Shown here: piece by piece, positions 16,867-25,272 of the stretch
How positions within the stretch are numbered: the stretch's first letter is position 1
How the letters are laid out: each line of letters begins with the position of its first letter
Assembly (NCBI RefSeq): GCF_000017305.1
Contig: NC_009664.2
Location: 2,700,001 to 2,732,000, forward strand
Length of the DNA stretch: 32,000 nt
Direction of reading: 5' to 3'
Origin: Kineococcus radiotolerans SRS30216 = ATCC BAA-149
GTDB lineage: Bacteria; Actinomycetota; Actinomycetes; Actinomycetales; Kineococcaceae
Position numbers and translations under genes: made by a program
The notes under the pieces: generated by a model
Database searches by the model: none
Told to the model about the DNA's origin: nothing
Seen by the model: only the letters and a program-made list of their open reading frames with translations

Positions 16867-17646
16867 TCAGATCAGGTCGACGAGGTCGCCGATCCCGTCG
16901 ACGACCCGGTGCGGCTGGAACGGGAAGCGCCGCACCTGCTCGCGCTTCGTGGACCCGGTGAGGACCAGGAACGTGCGCAGCCCGGCCTCGATGCCGGCCA
17001 CGACGTCGGTGTCCATCCGGTCCCCGATCATCGCGGTCGTCTCGGAGTGGGCCTGGATCCGGTTCATCGCCGAGCGGAACATCATCGGGTTCGGCTTCCC
17101 CACGAAGTACGGTTCCGCCCCCGTGGCCCGGGTGATGAGCGCCGCCACGGACCCCGTCGCCGGCAGCGACCCCTCCTTGGAGGGGCCGGTCGCGTCGGGG
17201 TTCGTGGCGATGAACCGGGCCCCGGCCTCGACGAGGCGGATCGCCTTGGTGATCGCCTCGAAGGAGTAGGTCCGGGTCTCCCCGAGGACGACGTAGTCCG
17301 GATCGGTGTCGGTCAGGATGTAACCGGCCTCGTGCAGCGCCGTCGTCAGCCCGGACTCGCCGATGACGTAGGCCGAACCACCCGGCAGCTGACGGGCCAG
17401 GAAGTCCGCCGTCGCCAGCGCCGAGGTCCAGATGCTCTCCTCGGGGACCTCGATGCCGCTGCGGGACAGCCGGGCGGCGAGGTCGCGCGGGGTGAAGATG
17501 GAGTTGTTGGTCAGCACCAGGAAGCGGCGGCTGGAGTCGACCAGGCGCTGCAGGAACTCCGCGGCGCCGGGCAGGGCGTGCTCCTCGTGGACGAGGACCC
17601 CGTCCATGTCGGTCAGCCAGCACTCGATGCCGTTGCCGTCGCTCAT
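16867..17646 (-). CDS. HAD-IIA family hydrolase (NagD/sugar-phosphatase-like)
   Basis: Motif I is LTDMDGVL, motif II is LVLTNNS and motif IV is IGDRMDTDVVAG, with GKP also present. The start was set at the ATG at 17646 because GGAGGGG lies 6 to 7 nt upstream; the track ORF begins 5 codons earlier. Confidence 0.85.
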   Translation of the reverse strand: MSDGNGIECWLTDMDGVLVHEEHALPGAAEFLQRLVDSSRRFLVLTNNSIFTPRDLAARLSRSGIEVPEESIWTSALATADFLARQLPGGSAYVIGESGLTTALHEAGYILTDTDPDYVVLGETRTYSFEAITKAIRLVEAGARFIATNPDATGPSKEGSLPATGSVAALITRATGAEPYFVGKPNPMMFRSAMNRIQAHSETTAMIGDRMDTDVVAGIEAGLRTFLVLTGSTKREQVRRFPFQPHRVVDGIGDLVDLI

Positions 17647-17665
17647 CGCGTTCCCCTCCACGCGC

Positions 17666-18343
17666 TCACTCCGGCAGCCCGGCCAGCACGGCGGCCGACC
17701 CCGACAGCCCCAGCCGGGTCGCCCCGGCGTCCAGCAGGGCGAGGGCGGCCTCGGTGCTGCGGATCCCGCCGCTGGCCTTGATCCCCAGCCGGCCCCCGAC
17801 GGTGGCGTGCATGACCTCGACCGCGTGGACGCTCGCCCCGCCGCTGGCGTGGAACCCCGTCGAGGTCTTGACGAAGTCGGCGCCGGCGGCCTCGGCCGCC
17901 CGGCAGACGGCGACGAGCGCCTCGTCGGGCAGCGCCGCGGACTCGACGATCACCTTGAGCACCCCGGGGGACGGCACGGCCGCGCGCACGGCGGCGATGT
18001 CGTCGCGGACGGCGTCGTACGCGCCGGCGAGCGCCGCGCCCACGTCGATGACCATGTCGACCTCGTCGGCCCCGGCCCGCACGGCCCCCGCGGCCTCGGC
18101 GGCCTTCACGGCGCTGGTGTGCTTGCCGGAGGGGAACCCGCAGACGGTGGCGACGACGAGGCCGGTGCCGTCGACCGGCAGCGCGTTGGGCGAGACGCAG
18201 ACGGCGAGGACGCCGAGCTCGCGGGCCTCGGCCACCAGGGCGGCGACGTCGGCGGCCGTGGCCTCGGGCTTGAGGAGGGTGTGGTCGACCAGGCGGGCGA
18301 CGTCGGAACGGGTGCGTGCGGTCACGGGCGCCGAGTCTGCCAC
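17666..18343 (-). CDS. deoC: Deoxyribose-phosphate aldolase
   Basis: The blocks [36 protein letters not shown] and the Schiff-base region GIKASGGIR are present. Confidence 0.9.
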   Translation of the reverse strand: MADSAPVTARTRSDVARLVDHTLLKPEATAADVAALVAEARELGVLAVCVSPNALPVDGTGLVVATVCGFPSGKHTSAVKAAEAAGAVRAGADEVDMVIDVGAALAGAYDAVRDDIAAVRAAVPSPGVLKVIVESAALPDEALVAVCRAAEAAGADFVKTSTGFHASGGASVHAVEVMHATVGGRLGIKASGGIRSTEAALALLDAGATRLGLSGSAAVLAGLPE

Positions 18344-18377
18344 CTGACGCCGCCGCGGCGGCAGCCGCGATCCGCGC

Positions 18378-19832
18378 TCAGCGGGCCGGGTCGGCGGTGC
18401 GGGCCGGGCGGGGCCCCGCGAGGCGGTCCCGTCCCGCGGCCTTGGCCGCGTAGAGGAACGCGTCGGCGCGGCGCAGCGCCTCGGCCGGCGGCTCGGCCCG
18501 GTCCCAGCGGCTGACGCCGACGGAGCAGGTCTGCCCCTCGGGCACCAGGGCGCGCAGCTCGTCCAGCAGCGCCGTGGCGCGCTCGACGGACTCGTCGACG
18601 ACGACGGCGACGAACTCCTCCCCGCCCCAGCGCGCGAGCAGGCCCCGGGGGCCGAGGTGGGCGGTCCACGCGGCGCTCGCGGCCCTCAGCAGGTCGTCGC
18701 CGGCCTGGTGGCCGCGGGAGTCGTTGTAGGCCTTGAAGTGGTCGAGGTCGAGCAGGGCGAGGACGACCTCGCCGGGCGTCCCGGGCCGGCAGACCCGCGC
18801 GAGGTGGTGGTCCAGGGTGCGGCGGTTGGCCAGGCCGGTCAGGGGGTCGGTGCGGGCCATCGCCTCCAGGCGCTGCGACTGGCGGCGCAGCTGCTGCAGG
18901 AGGTCCCAGACGCGGGCCACCACCAGCGCCACCAGGGCCAGCGAGCCCGCGGCCAGCCAGGCCACGGGGGTCTCGCGGTGCAGCAGCGACATGACGACGA
19001 GCACGGCCGAGGGCAGCACCGCCGCGACGGCCAGCACCACCAGCCGCGGCGCGCTGAGCCCGCCGGCGTCCTCGCCGGTCTCGACCCGGGGCCAGGGGCG
19101 GCGGGCGGAGGCGGCGGCCACGGCGAGGCTGACGTAGTAGAGCAGCCACAGCACGTCCACCCAGCGCGGGGCGGTGGTGCCCCCGGTGGTCAGCTGCTGC
19201 AGGTTCCAGGCGACGTCGGCCACGATCGTGCACGTGCTGCCGGCCACCAGCAGCCAGAAGGCCGGCGGCCGGCTGCCGGGGCCGGTGACGAGGCGGGCCA
19301 CGAGGAAGACGAGCAGCACGTCGCACACGGGGTAGACCGAGCTCACGACCCGCGCCGGCAGCGGCTGGGACCCGTCGGAGGCGGTGGGCAGGACGACGAA
19401 GACCCCGAACAGGGTCGCGGCGCTGAGGGAGAGGACGGCCGCGTCCAGCAGGTTCCCGCGGTGGCGCGCGGTGCTGCGCCCCCGGTCCAGGCGCAGCACC
19501 CCCACGGTCACGGGCACGTAGGCGGCGAGGTAGAGGAGGTCCGCGGACGTGGGCCAGGACCCGTCGCCGCGCAGCGCGAGCCGCGCGAAGCTGACCTCCC
19601 CGGCGAGGTAGAGCACCTGCGAGGCCAGCAGCCACCACCACGGCCCCCGGTGGGCCCGGGGGACGCGGACGACCGCGAGCGCCGTCACCGCCGTGCAGGA
19701 GGCGACGGGGACGAGGTAGGCGATCGTGCTCGCGTCCGTCCCGGGGGTGGGCAGGCAGGCGAGCGCGACCGCCAGGAGACCGCCCACGGCGGCGACGACC
19801 ACCAGGCTCGGGGTCGGTCGGGAGCGGTGCAC
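18378..19832 (-). CDS. Membrane-bound diguanylate cyclase: an N-terminal sensor region of about 10 TM helices and unknown type, plus a GGDEF domain
   Basis: The start was set at the GTG at 19832, preceded by GGAGGG. The 1196-aa track ORF runs far upstream, antisense to dprE1. The GGDEF domain reads [10 protein letters not shown]...[16 protein letters not shown]...RWGGEEF. There is no RxxD I-site five residues upstream of GGEEF. Confidence 0.85.
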   Translation of the reverse strand: MHRSRPTPSLVVVAAVGGLLAVALACLPTPGTDASTIAYLVPVASCTAVTALAVVRVPRAHRGPWWWLLASQVLYLAGEVSFARLALRGDGSWPTSADLLYLAAYVPVTVGVLRLDRGRSTARHRGNLLDAAVLSLSAATLFGVFVVLPTASDGSQPLPARVVSSVYPVCDVLLVFLVARLVTGPGSRPPAFWLLVAGSTCTIVADVAWNLQQLTTGGTTAPRWVDVLWLLYYVSLAVAAASARRPWPRVETGEDAGGLSAPRLVVLAVAAVLPSAVLVVMSLLHRETPVAWLAAGSLALVALVVARVWDLLQQLRRQSQRLEAMARTDPLTGLANRRTLDHHLARVCRPGTPGEVVLALLDLDHFKAYNDSRGHQAGDDLLRAASAAWTAHLGPRGLLARWGGEEFVAVVVDESVERATALLDELRALVPEGQTCSVGVSRWDRAEPPAEALRRADAFLYAAKAAGRDRLAGPRPARTADPAR

Positions 19833-19909
19833 GTCCCTCCATCGGCGCAACGGGCGCCCCGCCGGAGCGGCCGTCCGGATGACGGTGGGTGGCTGTCGGT
19901 GGTGACGGT

Positions 19910-19915
19910 TAGGCT
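19910..19915 (+). promoter_or_regulatory. Candidate -10 hexamer TAGGCT for leaderless dprE1
   Basis: GGTTAGGCT lies 7 nt before GTGGTG at 19923, with no SD. Confidence 0.4.
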
Positions 19916-19922
19916 CCCGTCC

Positions 19923-21344
19923 GTGGTGAGCATCCCGGGTCTGCAGAGTTCGAAGCACCGTCCCGTCCCCGACGCCGACGGGGCCGTGCGCACGACGCGG
20001 CGCCTCACCGGGTGGGGCCGTACCGCCCCGACGACGGCGACGGTACTGCGCACCGCGGACCTCGACGTCATCGCCGAGGCCGTGCGCACCGCCGGCCCGC
20101 GCGGGGTCATCGCCCGCGGCCTCGGCCGCTCCTACGGCGACCCGGCCCAGAACGCCGGCGGCCTCGTGGTCGACATGACCGGTCTGGACCGCATCCACGA
20201 CATCGACGTGGACGCGGCCGTCGCCGACGTCGACGCCGGGTGCTCCCTGGACAAGCTGCTGCGGGCGGTCGTGCCGCACGGGCTGTGGGTCCCGGTCCTG
20301 CCGGGGACGCGCCAGGTGACCGTGGGCGGTGCCATCGGCGCCGACATCCACGGCGGCAACCACCACACCCAGGGCACCTTCACCCGCCACGTGCTGTCGC
20401 TGGACCTGCTGACCGCCGACGGGCAGGTGCGGACGATCACCCCGCACGGCCCCGACCGCGAGCTGTTCCTCGCCACCACCGGCGGCATGGGCCTGACCGG
20501 CATCGTGCTGCGCGCCAAGATCCGCCTCGACCGGGTCGAGACGTCGTACTTCCTCGCCGACGTCGAGCAGACGCCCGACTTCGACGACATGCTCGAGCGG
20601 CTGCAGAAGAACGACGAGAACTACACGTACTCCAAGACGTGGTTCGACTCGGTGACCAAGGGCGAGCACATGGGGCGCGGCTTCCTGCTGCGCGGGTCCT
20701 CGGCGAAGCTGTCCGACCTGCCGCCGGAGCTGCGCAAGGACCCGCTGAAGTTCGACGCGCCCCAGCTGGCGAGCTTCCCCGACCTCTTCCCCTCGGGGAT
20801 GCTGAACCGGCTGTCGGCCAAGGCGCTCAACGAGTTCTACTACCGGAAGTCGAAGACCAAGTCCGGTGTGGTGCAGAACATCACGCAGTTCTACCACCTG
20901 CTCGACCTGTTCGCGGACTGGAACCGGGCCTACGGTCCCGACGGCTTCCTGCAGTACCAGTTCGTCGTGCCCCTGGACCGGACCGACCTGCTGAAGGCGA
21001 GCATGGAGGCCATCGTGGAGTCCGGGCACATCTCCGCGCTGAACGTCCTCAAGCGCTTCGGCGACGCCAACGACGCCCCGCTGTCCTTCCCCACCCGGGG
21101 GTGGACGCTCGCGGTGGACCTGCCGATCAAGAAGGGGCTGGACCAGCTCTGCGACCTGCTCGACGAGATGGTCCTCGACGCCGGCGGCCGGCTCTACCTG
21201 GCCAAGGACTCCCGCACCACCGCCGACCGCTTCGCCCGGATGTACCCGGAGCTGCCGGCCTGGCGGAAGGTGCGCGACGAGGTCGACCCGGAGCGGAAGT
21301 TCGTCTCCGACCAGGCGCGTCGCCTCCAGCTGGTCACGGACTGA
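19923..21344 (+). CDS. dprE1: Decaprenylphosphoryl-beta-D-ribose 2'-oxidase (DprE1-type FAD-dependent oxidoreductase)
   Basis: Long colinear blocks match M. tuberculosis DprE1 as I recall it: RLTGWGRTAP, ARGLGRSYGD.AQN.GGLV.DMT, LWVPVLPGTRQVTVGGAI, GLTGI, PLKFDAPQL, FYH.LD.F..WNRAYGP.GFLQYQFV.P, APLSFP..GW, GRLY.AKDSRTTA and RRL.L. The start was chosen from the leaderless promoter geometry; the GTG at 19899 is an alternative. Confidence 0.85.
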   Translation: MVSIPGLQSSKHRPVPDADGAVRTTRRLTGWGRTAPTTATVLRTADLDVIAEAVRTAGPRGVIARGLGRSYGDPAQNAGGLVVDMTGLDRIHDIDVDAAVADVDAGCSLDKLLRAVVPHGLWVPVLPGTRQVTVGGAIGADIHGGNHHTQGTFTRHVLSLDLLTADGQVRTITPHGPDRELFLATTGGMGLTGIVLRAKIRLDRVETSYFLADVEQTPDFDDMLERLQKNDENYTYSKTWFDSVTKGEHMGRGFLLRGSSAKLSDLPPELRKDPLKFDAPQLASFPDLFPSGMLNRLSAKALNEFYYRKSKTKSGVVQNITQFYHLLDLFADWNRAYGPDGFLQYQFVVPLDRTDLLKASMEAIVESGHISALNVLKRFGDANDAPLSFPTRGWTLAVDLPIKKGLDQLCDLLDEMVLDAGGRLYLAKDSRTTADRFARMYPELPAWRKVRDEVDPERKFVSDQARRLQLVTD

Positions 21345-21351
21345 ACGCGGT

Positions 21352-21377
21352 GGCGGGGCCGGGGAGCCGGCCCCGCC
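21352..21377 (+). terminator. Stem-loop after dprE1 (GGCGGGGCCGG-ggag-CCGGCCCCGCC)
   Basis: An 11-bp perfect stem begins 8 nt after the dprE1 stop, read directly. Confidence 0.45.
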
Positions 21378-21405
21378 CCGAGGGGACGGACCGGGTGGTC
21401 CACGG

Positions 21406-23013
21406 GTGGGGAGCGGGCGGGTGAGGGAGGTGCCGGAGGTGCCGGCGCACGAGCCCGCGACCGCACCCGCCCGGGAGGCGCTGCGCCGCCGGCTGGGGGA
21501 GCTGGAGGACCTCGTCGGCTCCGACCCCGCGCGGGCGGCGTCGGAGGCCCGCCTGCTCCGGGAGCGGGCCCGCGCCCTCGGCGACGACGACGCGCTGGCC
21601 CGGGCCCGGGTGTGGGAGGCCGAGGCCGTCCAGCGCGACGGCGACACCGCGGCCGCCGCGGCGCTCGTCGCGCAGGTCCGCCGGCAGCGCCCGGACCTGC
21701 CCCGCGAGCTCGCCGTCCAGTGCTCCTGGATCCTCTCGCGGGTCTTCACCGACATCGGGGACCGCCCGACCGCCCTCGAGCACGCGCTGGACGCGGCCGC
21801 GGCCTCCGACGACGACGACGTGCCGCGGCGGCTGCGCACCCGGGTGCTGCTCAAGGTCGCGGACCTGCTGGACGAGCTCGGCGCCCCGGAGGACTCCCGC
21901 TCCTGGTACCGGCGGGCCGAGGAGCTGGCCGTCGGCGACGCGCAGCTGCACCTCATGGTCGTGAACAACCGCGCCTTCAGCGAGCTGGAGCTCGGGGACG
22001 CCGAGGCCGCGCAGCGCGAGGTCGACCTCCTCGAGGAGCTGAGCCGGCGCTACGACCGCCCCCTCAACGCCAACGCCCTCGACACCGTCTCGCGCGTGCA
22101 CCTGCTGCGCGGGGACGCCCGGGCCGCGGAGGCCGCCGCCCGGGCCGCGGTGGAGACCAACGCGCAGATGGACTCCAAGAACGCCGACGACCTGCCGTTC
22201 TACCTGCTGACCCTCGCCGCCGCCCTGCGGACCCTGGGCGACCCCGCGGGCGCCTCGGCGGCGCTGGAGGAGGCCCGGGCCTGCACCGGGAGCGAGGGCT
22301 TCGCCGACATCCGCACCCAGGTCCTGGCCGAGCAGGCCGAGGTCTTCGCCGCCCTCGGGGACTACCGCTCCGCCTTCGAGGCGCACAAGGCGTTCCACGC
22401 CGCGGACAAGGAGCTGCTCTCGGAGCAGCGGGAGGCCCAGGCCCGCGCCCGGCAGGCGGTGTTCGAGACCGACGTCGCCCGCCGGGAGGCCGCGCGCTAC
22501 CGCGAGGAGGCGCGCCGGGACCCGCTGACGGGACTGCGCAACCGCCTGTTCGTCGACGAGCGGCTGCCGCTGCTGGTCGACGAGTTCCGGGCCGGGGACC
22601 GCCACCTGAGCGCGGTGCTGCTCGACCTCGACCACTTCAAGTCCGTCAACGACGGGTACTCCCACGAGGTGGGGGACGCGGTGCTGCGGGCGGTCGCGGC
22701 GGTCCTGGAGGAGGCCGCGGGCCACGCGGCGCAGTCCTTCGCGGCCCGGCTGGGCGGGGAGGAGTTCCTCGTCGCCCTCGTCACCGACGACGCGCAGCAG
22801 GCCGTCCGGCTCGCCGAGGGGGTGCGCGCGCGGGTGCGGGCCCACGACTGGTCCGCCACCACCCCCGGCCGCGGGGTCACCGTGAGCGCGGGGGTGGCCA
22901 CGCTGCGGCCCGGGGACGACAAGACCTCCCTGCTGGCGCGGGCCGACGAGCGCCTGTACGCGGCGAAGGCCGCCGGCCGCGACCGCGTCGTGGCCGGGCC
23001 CGGCCCCGGCTGA
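21406..23013 (+). CDS. Cytoplasmic diguanylate cyclase with a large N-terminal TPR/helical-repeat domain. The start is uncertain (GTG at 21406 or 21421).
   Basis: The C-terminal GGDEF domain reads DPLTGLRNRL...LDLDHFKSVND.YSHEVGD...RLGGEEF...AD..LY.AK..GR. The N-terminal 360 or so aa are Ala/Leu-rich helical repeats. There is no RxxD I-site. Confidence 0.8.
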   Translation: MGSGRVREVPEVPAHEPATAPAREALRRRLGELEDLVGSDPARAASEARLLRERARALGDDDALARARVWEAEAVQRDGDTAAAAALVAQVRRQRPDLPRELAVQCSWILSRVFTDIGDRPTALEHALDAAAASDDDDVPRRLRTRVLLKVADLLDELGAPEDSRSWYRRAEELAVGDAQLHLMVVNNRAFSELELGDAEAAQREVDLLEELSRRYDRPLNANALDTVSRVHLLRGDARAAEAAARAAVETNAQMDSKNADDLPFYLLTLAAALRTLGDPAGASAALEEARACTGSEGFADIRTQVLAEQAEVFAALGDYRSAFEAHKAFHAADKELLSEQREAQARARQAVFETDVARREAARYREEARRDPLTGLRNRLFVDERLPLLVDEFRAGDRHLSAVLLDLDHFKSVNDGYSHEVGDAVLRAVAAVLEEAAGHAAQSFAARLGGEEFLVALVTDDAQQAVRLAEGVRARVRAHDWSATTPGRGVTVSAGVATLRPGDDKTSLLARADERLYAAKAAGRDRVVAGPGPG

Positions 23014-23165
23014 CCGCCCCCGCCCGCGCCGGTGGGGCGGGGTGCTGAGGGCCGCGCGACGTTCACCGCGACGAAACCCCCCGCGGGGGCGATCCTTGTC
23101 CCCCGTCGTGGCTTCGGCGGCTCACTCGGCGCCGCGGCCGCGGCCCAGGACGAGAGGGGCCAGGC

Positions 23166-24494
23166 ATGCCAGGTGCACCGCGGCACCCGCGCGAGAAGGA
23201 ACGGCTCGCCTCGCTGCGCAGCTACCGCGTCCTCGACACCCGTCCCGACCCGGCCCTGGACGCGATCACCGCCGCCGCCGCCCGGGCCCTGGGGGCCCCG
23301 GCGGCCGTCCTCGGCCTCGTCGACGAGCACCGGCAGTGGTTCAAGTCCTCGGCCGGGCTGGAGGAGTTCCTCGGCCACCCGTCCCGGGGGACGTCGCTCG
23401 ACGTCTCCTTCTGCGCCCACGTGGTCGCCACCGAGGCACCCCTGGTGGTGCCCGACACCCGGCTGGACCCCCGGTTCGCCGACAACGCCTTCGTCGTCGG
23501 GAGCGAGGACCTGCGCTCCTACGTCGGCGCGCCGGTCGTCGGCCGCGACGGGCTCCCCCTGGGGGCGCTGTGCGTCCTGGACCACCGCCCCCGCGAGCAC
23601 GACGCCGCCGCCGTCGCCGTGCTCGTCGACCTCGCGGCCACCCTGGCCGAGCTGCTGGAGCTGCGCCGCCTGGACGCCACCGCCGGACTGGGGACCCGCG
23701 ACCTGCTCGCCGAGAGCCACCGGCTGCGCGCCGGCATCGACGCCGACGAGCTCGTCCTGCACTACCAGCCCGTCGTGGACCTGGCCTCGCGGCGCTGGCT
23801 GGGGGTGGAGGCCCTGGTGCGCTGGGCGCACCCGGAGCGGGGTCTGCTGCCCCCGGCGGCGTTCCTGCCGCTGGCCGAGGCCAGCGGGCTCGTCGTGCCG
23901 CTGGGCCGGACGGTGCTGGAGCGGGCCTGCGCGCAGGCCGCGCGCTGGCGCCGGGAGGTGGGGCCGGCCGCGGACCTGGGGGTCGCGGTCAACGTCTCCG
24001 CCCGTCAGCTGAGCGAGCCCGACGTCGTCGACGTCGTCGTCGAGGCGCTGGTGCTCAGCGGGCTGCCCGCCTCCGCGCTGGTCCTGGAGCTCACCGAGAC
24101 GTCCCTGGCCGCGAGCTGCACCGAGGTCGACATCGCCCTGCAGCGCATCCGGGCCCTGGGGGTGACCCTGGCGCTGGACGACTTCGGCACCGGCTACGCC
24201 AGCTTCAGCTACCTGCAGCGCTTCCAGCCCGACGTCGTGAAGCTGGACCGCTGCTTCGTCGAGGGCCTGAACCGCTCCGAGCGCGACGACCTCCTCGCGG
24301 GGACCCTGGTGGAGCTGGCCCTGCGCCTGGGGTGCGACGTCGTCGCCGAGGGCATCGAGCACCCCGACCAGGTCCGCGCCCTCACCCGCCTCGGGGTCCG
24401 GGTCGCCCAGGGGTACCTGTTCTCCGCCCCGCGCGACCCGCAGGACCTGTTCGGTCCCGCGCCGGGGCGCGGCGGGTTCAGCCGGCCACGGTGA
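23166..24494 (+). CDS. GAF-domain / EAL-domain c-di-GMP phosphodiesterase
   Basis: The GAF signature is ERLASLRSYRVLDTRPDPALDAIT...VLGLVDEHRQWFKS. The EAL catalytic set is intact: YQPVV, GVEALVRW, VNVSARQL, LELTE, DDFGTGYAS, VKLD, AEGIE and QGY. Confidence 0.85.
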   Translation: MPGAPRHPREKERLASLRSYRVLDTRPDPALDAITAAAARALGAPAAVLGLVDEHRQWFKSSAGLEEFLGHPSRGTSLDVSFCAHVVATEAPLVVPDTRLDPRFADNAFVVGSEDLRSYVGAPVVGRDGLPLGALCVLDHRPREHDAAAVAVLVDLAATLAELLELRRLDATAGLGTRDLLAESHRLRAGIDADELVLHYQPVVDLASRRWLGVEALVRWAHPERGLLPPAAFLPLAEASGLVVPLGRTVLERACAQAARWRREVGPAADLGVAVNVSARQLSEPDVVDVVVEALVLSGLPASALVLELTETSLAASCTEVDIALQRIRALGVTLALDDFGTGYASFSYLQRFQPDVVKLDRCFVEGLNRSERDDLLAGTLVELALRLGCDVVAEGIEHPDQVRALTRLGVRVAQGYLFSAPRDPQDLFGPAPGRGGFSRPR

Positions 24495-25272
24495 ACGCCC
24501 GCCGGAACGCCTCGACGGCCTCCCGGCTGCCGCCGGAGGCGAAGGCCTCCAGGCCCACCGTCCCCCGGTACCCCGTCGCGTGCAGCGCCGCGGCCACGAC
24601 GGGGTAGTTCACCTCCCCGGTCCCCGGTTCGCAGCGCCCCGGGACGTCGGCGACCTGCACCTCGCCGAGCAGGTCCACGCACCCGCGCAGCAGGTCGACG
24701 AGGTTCCCCTCCCCGATCTGGGCGTGGTACAGGTCCAGGTTCATCCGCAGGTGCGGGCTGGCCACCGCCGCGACGAGCGCGCGGGTGTCGGCCGCGGAGG
24801 CGAACGGCGTCCCCGGGTGGTCGACGGCGACGTTGAGGTTCTCCAGCGTGAACACCACGCCGTGGCGGGCGCCGAGTTCCGCGACGCGGCGCAGCGTGCG
24901 CTCGGCGGCGATCCACATCGCCCCCGTCACCGCCGTGACGGGCCGGACCGGCAACCCCCGCCCGTCCAGCCCCGTCCCGTGCAGGTTGAGGTTGGGCCGC
25001 CCGGCGCCGCTGAGGAGGTCGGCCGCCGCGATGGAGCGCTCGGCGCTCGCGAGCAACCGCTCCGCGCCGTCGGGGTCGACGAGCTCACCGTCGACGTAGC
25101 CGGTCATGGAGGTGAACCGGGCGCCGGTCGCGGCGAGTTCCGGCAGGTCCTTCGTCGTCCAGTCCCACAGCTCCACCGCGAAACCCGCCTCGTGCAGCGT
25201 GCGGACCCGCTCGGCGAACGGGAGCTCCCGGAACACCATCTCGGCGCAGACCGCCAGGAGGAAGCCGCTCAC
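24478..25272 (-). CDS. Sugar phosphate isomerase/epimerase, TIM barrel (hydroxypyruvate isomerase-like family)
   Basis: The blocks FAVELW, LNLH.G, F.LENLN, the HP(G) region, MNLDLYHAQI.EGN, H.QVADVPGR.EPGTGE.NY and G.VGLE are typical of Hyi-like isomerases. A GTGA overlap links it to the upstream dehydrogenase gene. Confidence 0.8.
   Translation of the reverse strand: MSGFLLAVCAEMVFRELPFAERVRTLHEAGFAVELWDWTTKDLPELAATGARFTSMTGYVDGELVDPDGAERLLASAERSIAAADLLSGAGRPNLNLHGTGLDGRGLPVRPVTAVTGAMWIAAERTLRRVAELGARHGVVFTLENLNVAVDHPGTPFASAADTRALVAAVASPHLRMNLDLYHAQIGEGNLVDLLRGCVDLLGEVQVADVPGRCEPGTGEVNYPVVAAALHATGYRGTVGLEAFASGGSREAVEAFRRAFTVAG

Noticed and set aside
18378-21968. A 1196-aa minus-strand ORF that would make a giant protein ending in the GGDEF domain.
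   Set aside because: Only the last 484 codons look real, with TM helices, a GGDEF domain and an SD plus GTG at 19832. The upstream 700 or so codons are Arg/Pro/Gly-rich low-complexity sequence lying exactly antisense to the well-supported dprE1 gene and across a divergent promoter region. This is a typical high-GC shadow frame.
23014-23165. A possible c-di-GMP riboswitch (GEMM-I or GEMM-II) in the 152-nt leader of the GAF-EAL gene, given the c-di-GMP context.
   Set aside because: I could not find the conserved GEMM features, namely the GNRA tetraloop/receptor arrangement and the conserved A-rich junction sequences. The region is better explained by a terminator-like hairpin (CCCCGCCC..GGGCGGGG near 23018-23041) plus a promoter and SD. 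A covariance-model scan would settle this.
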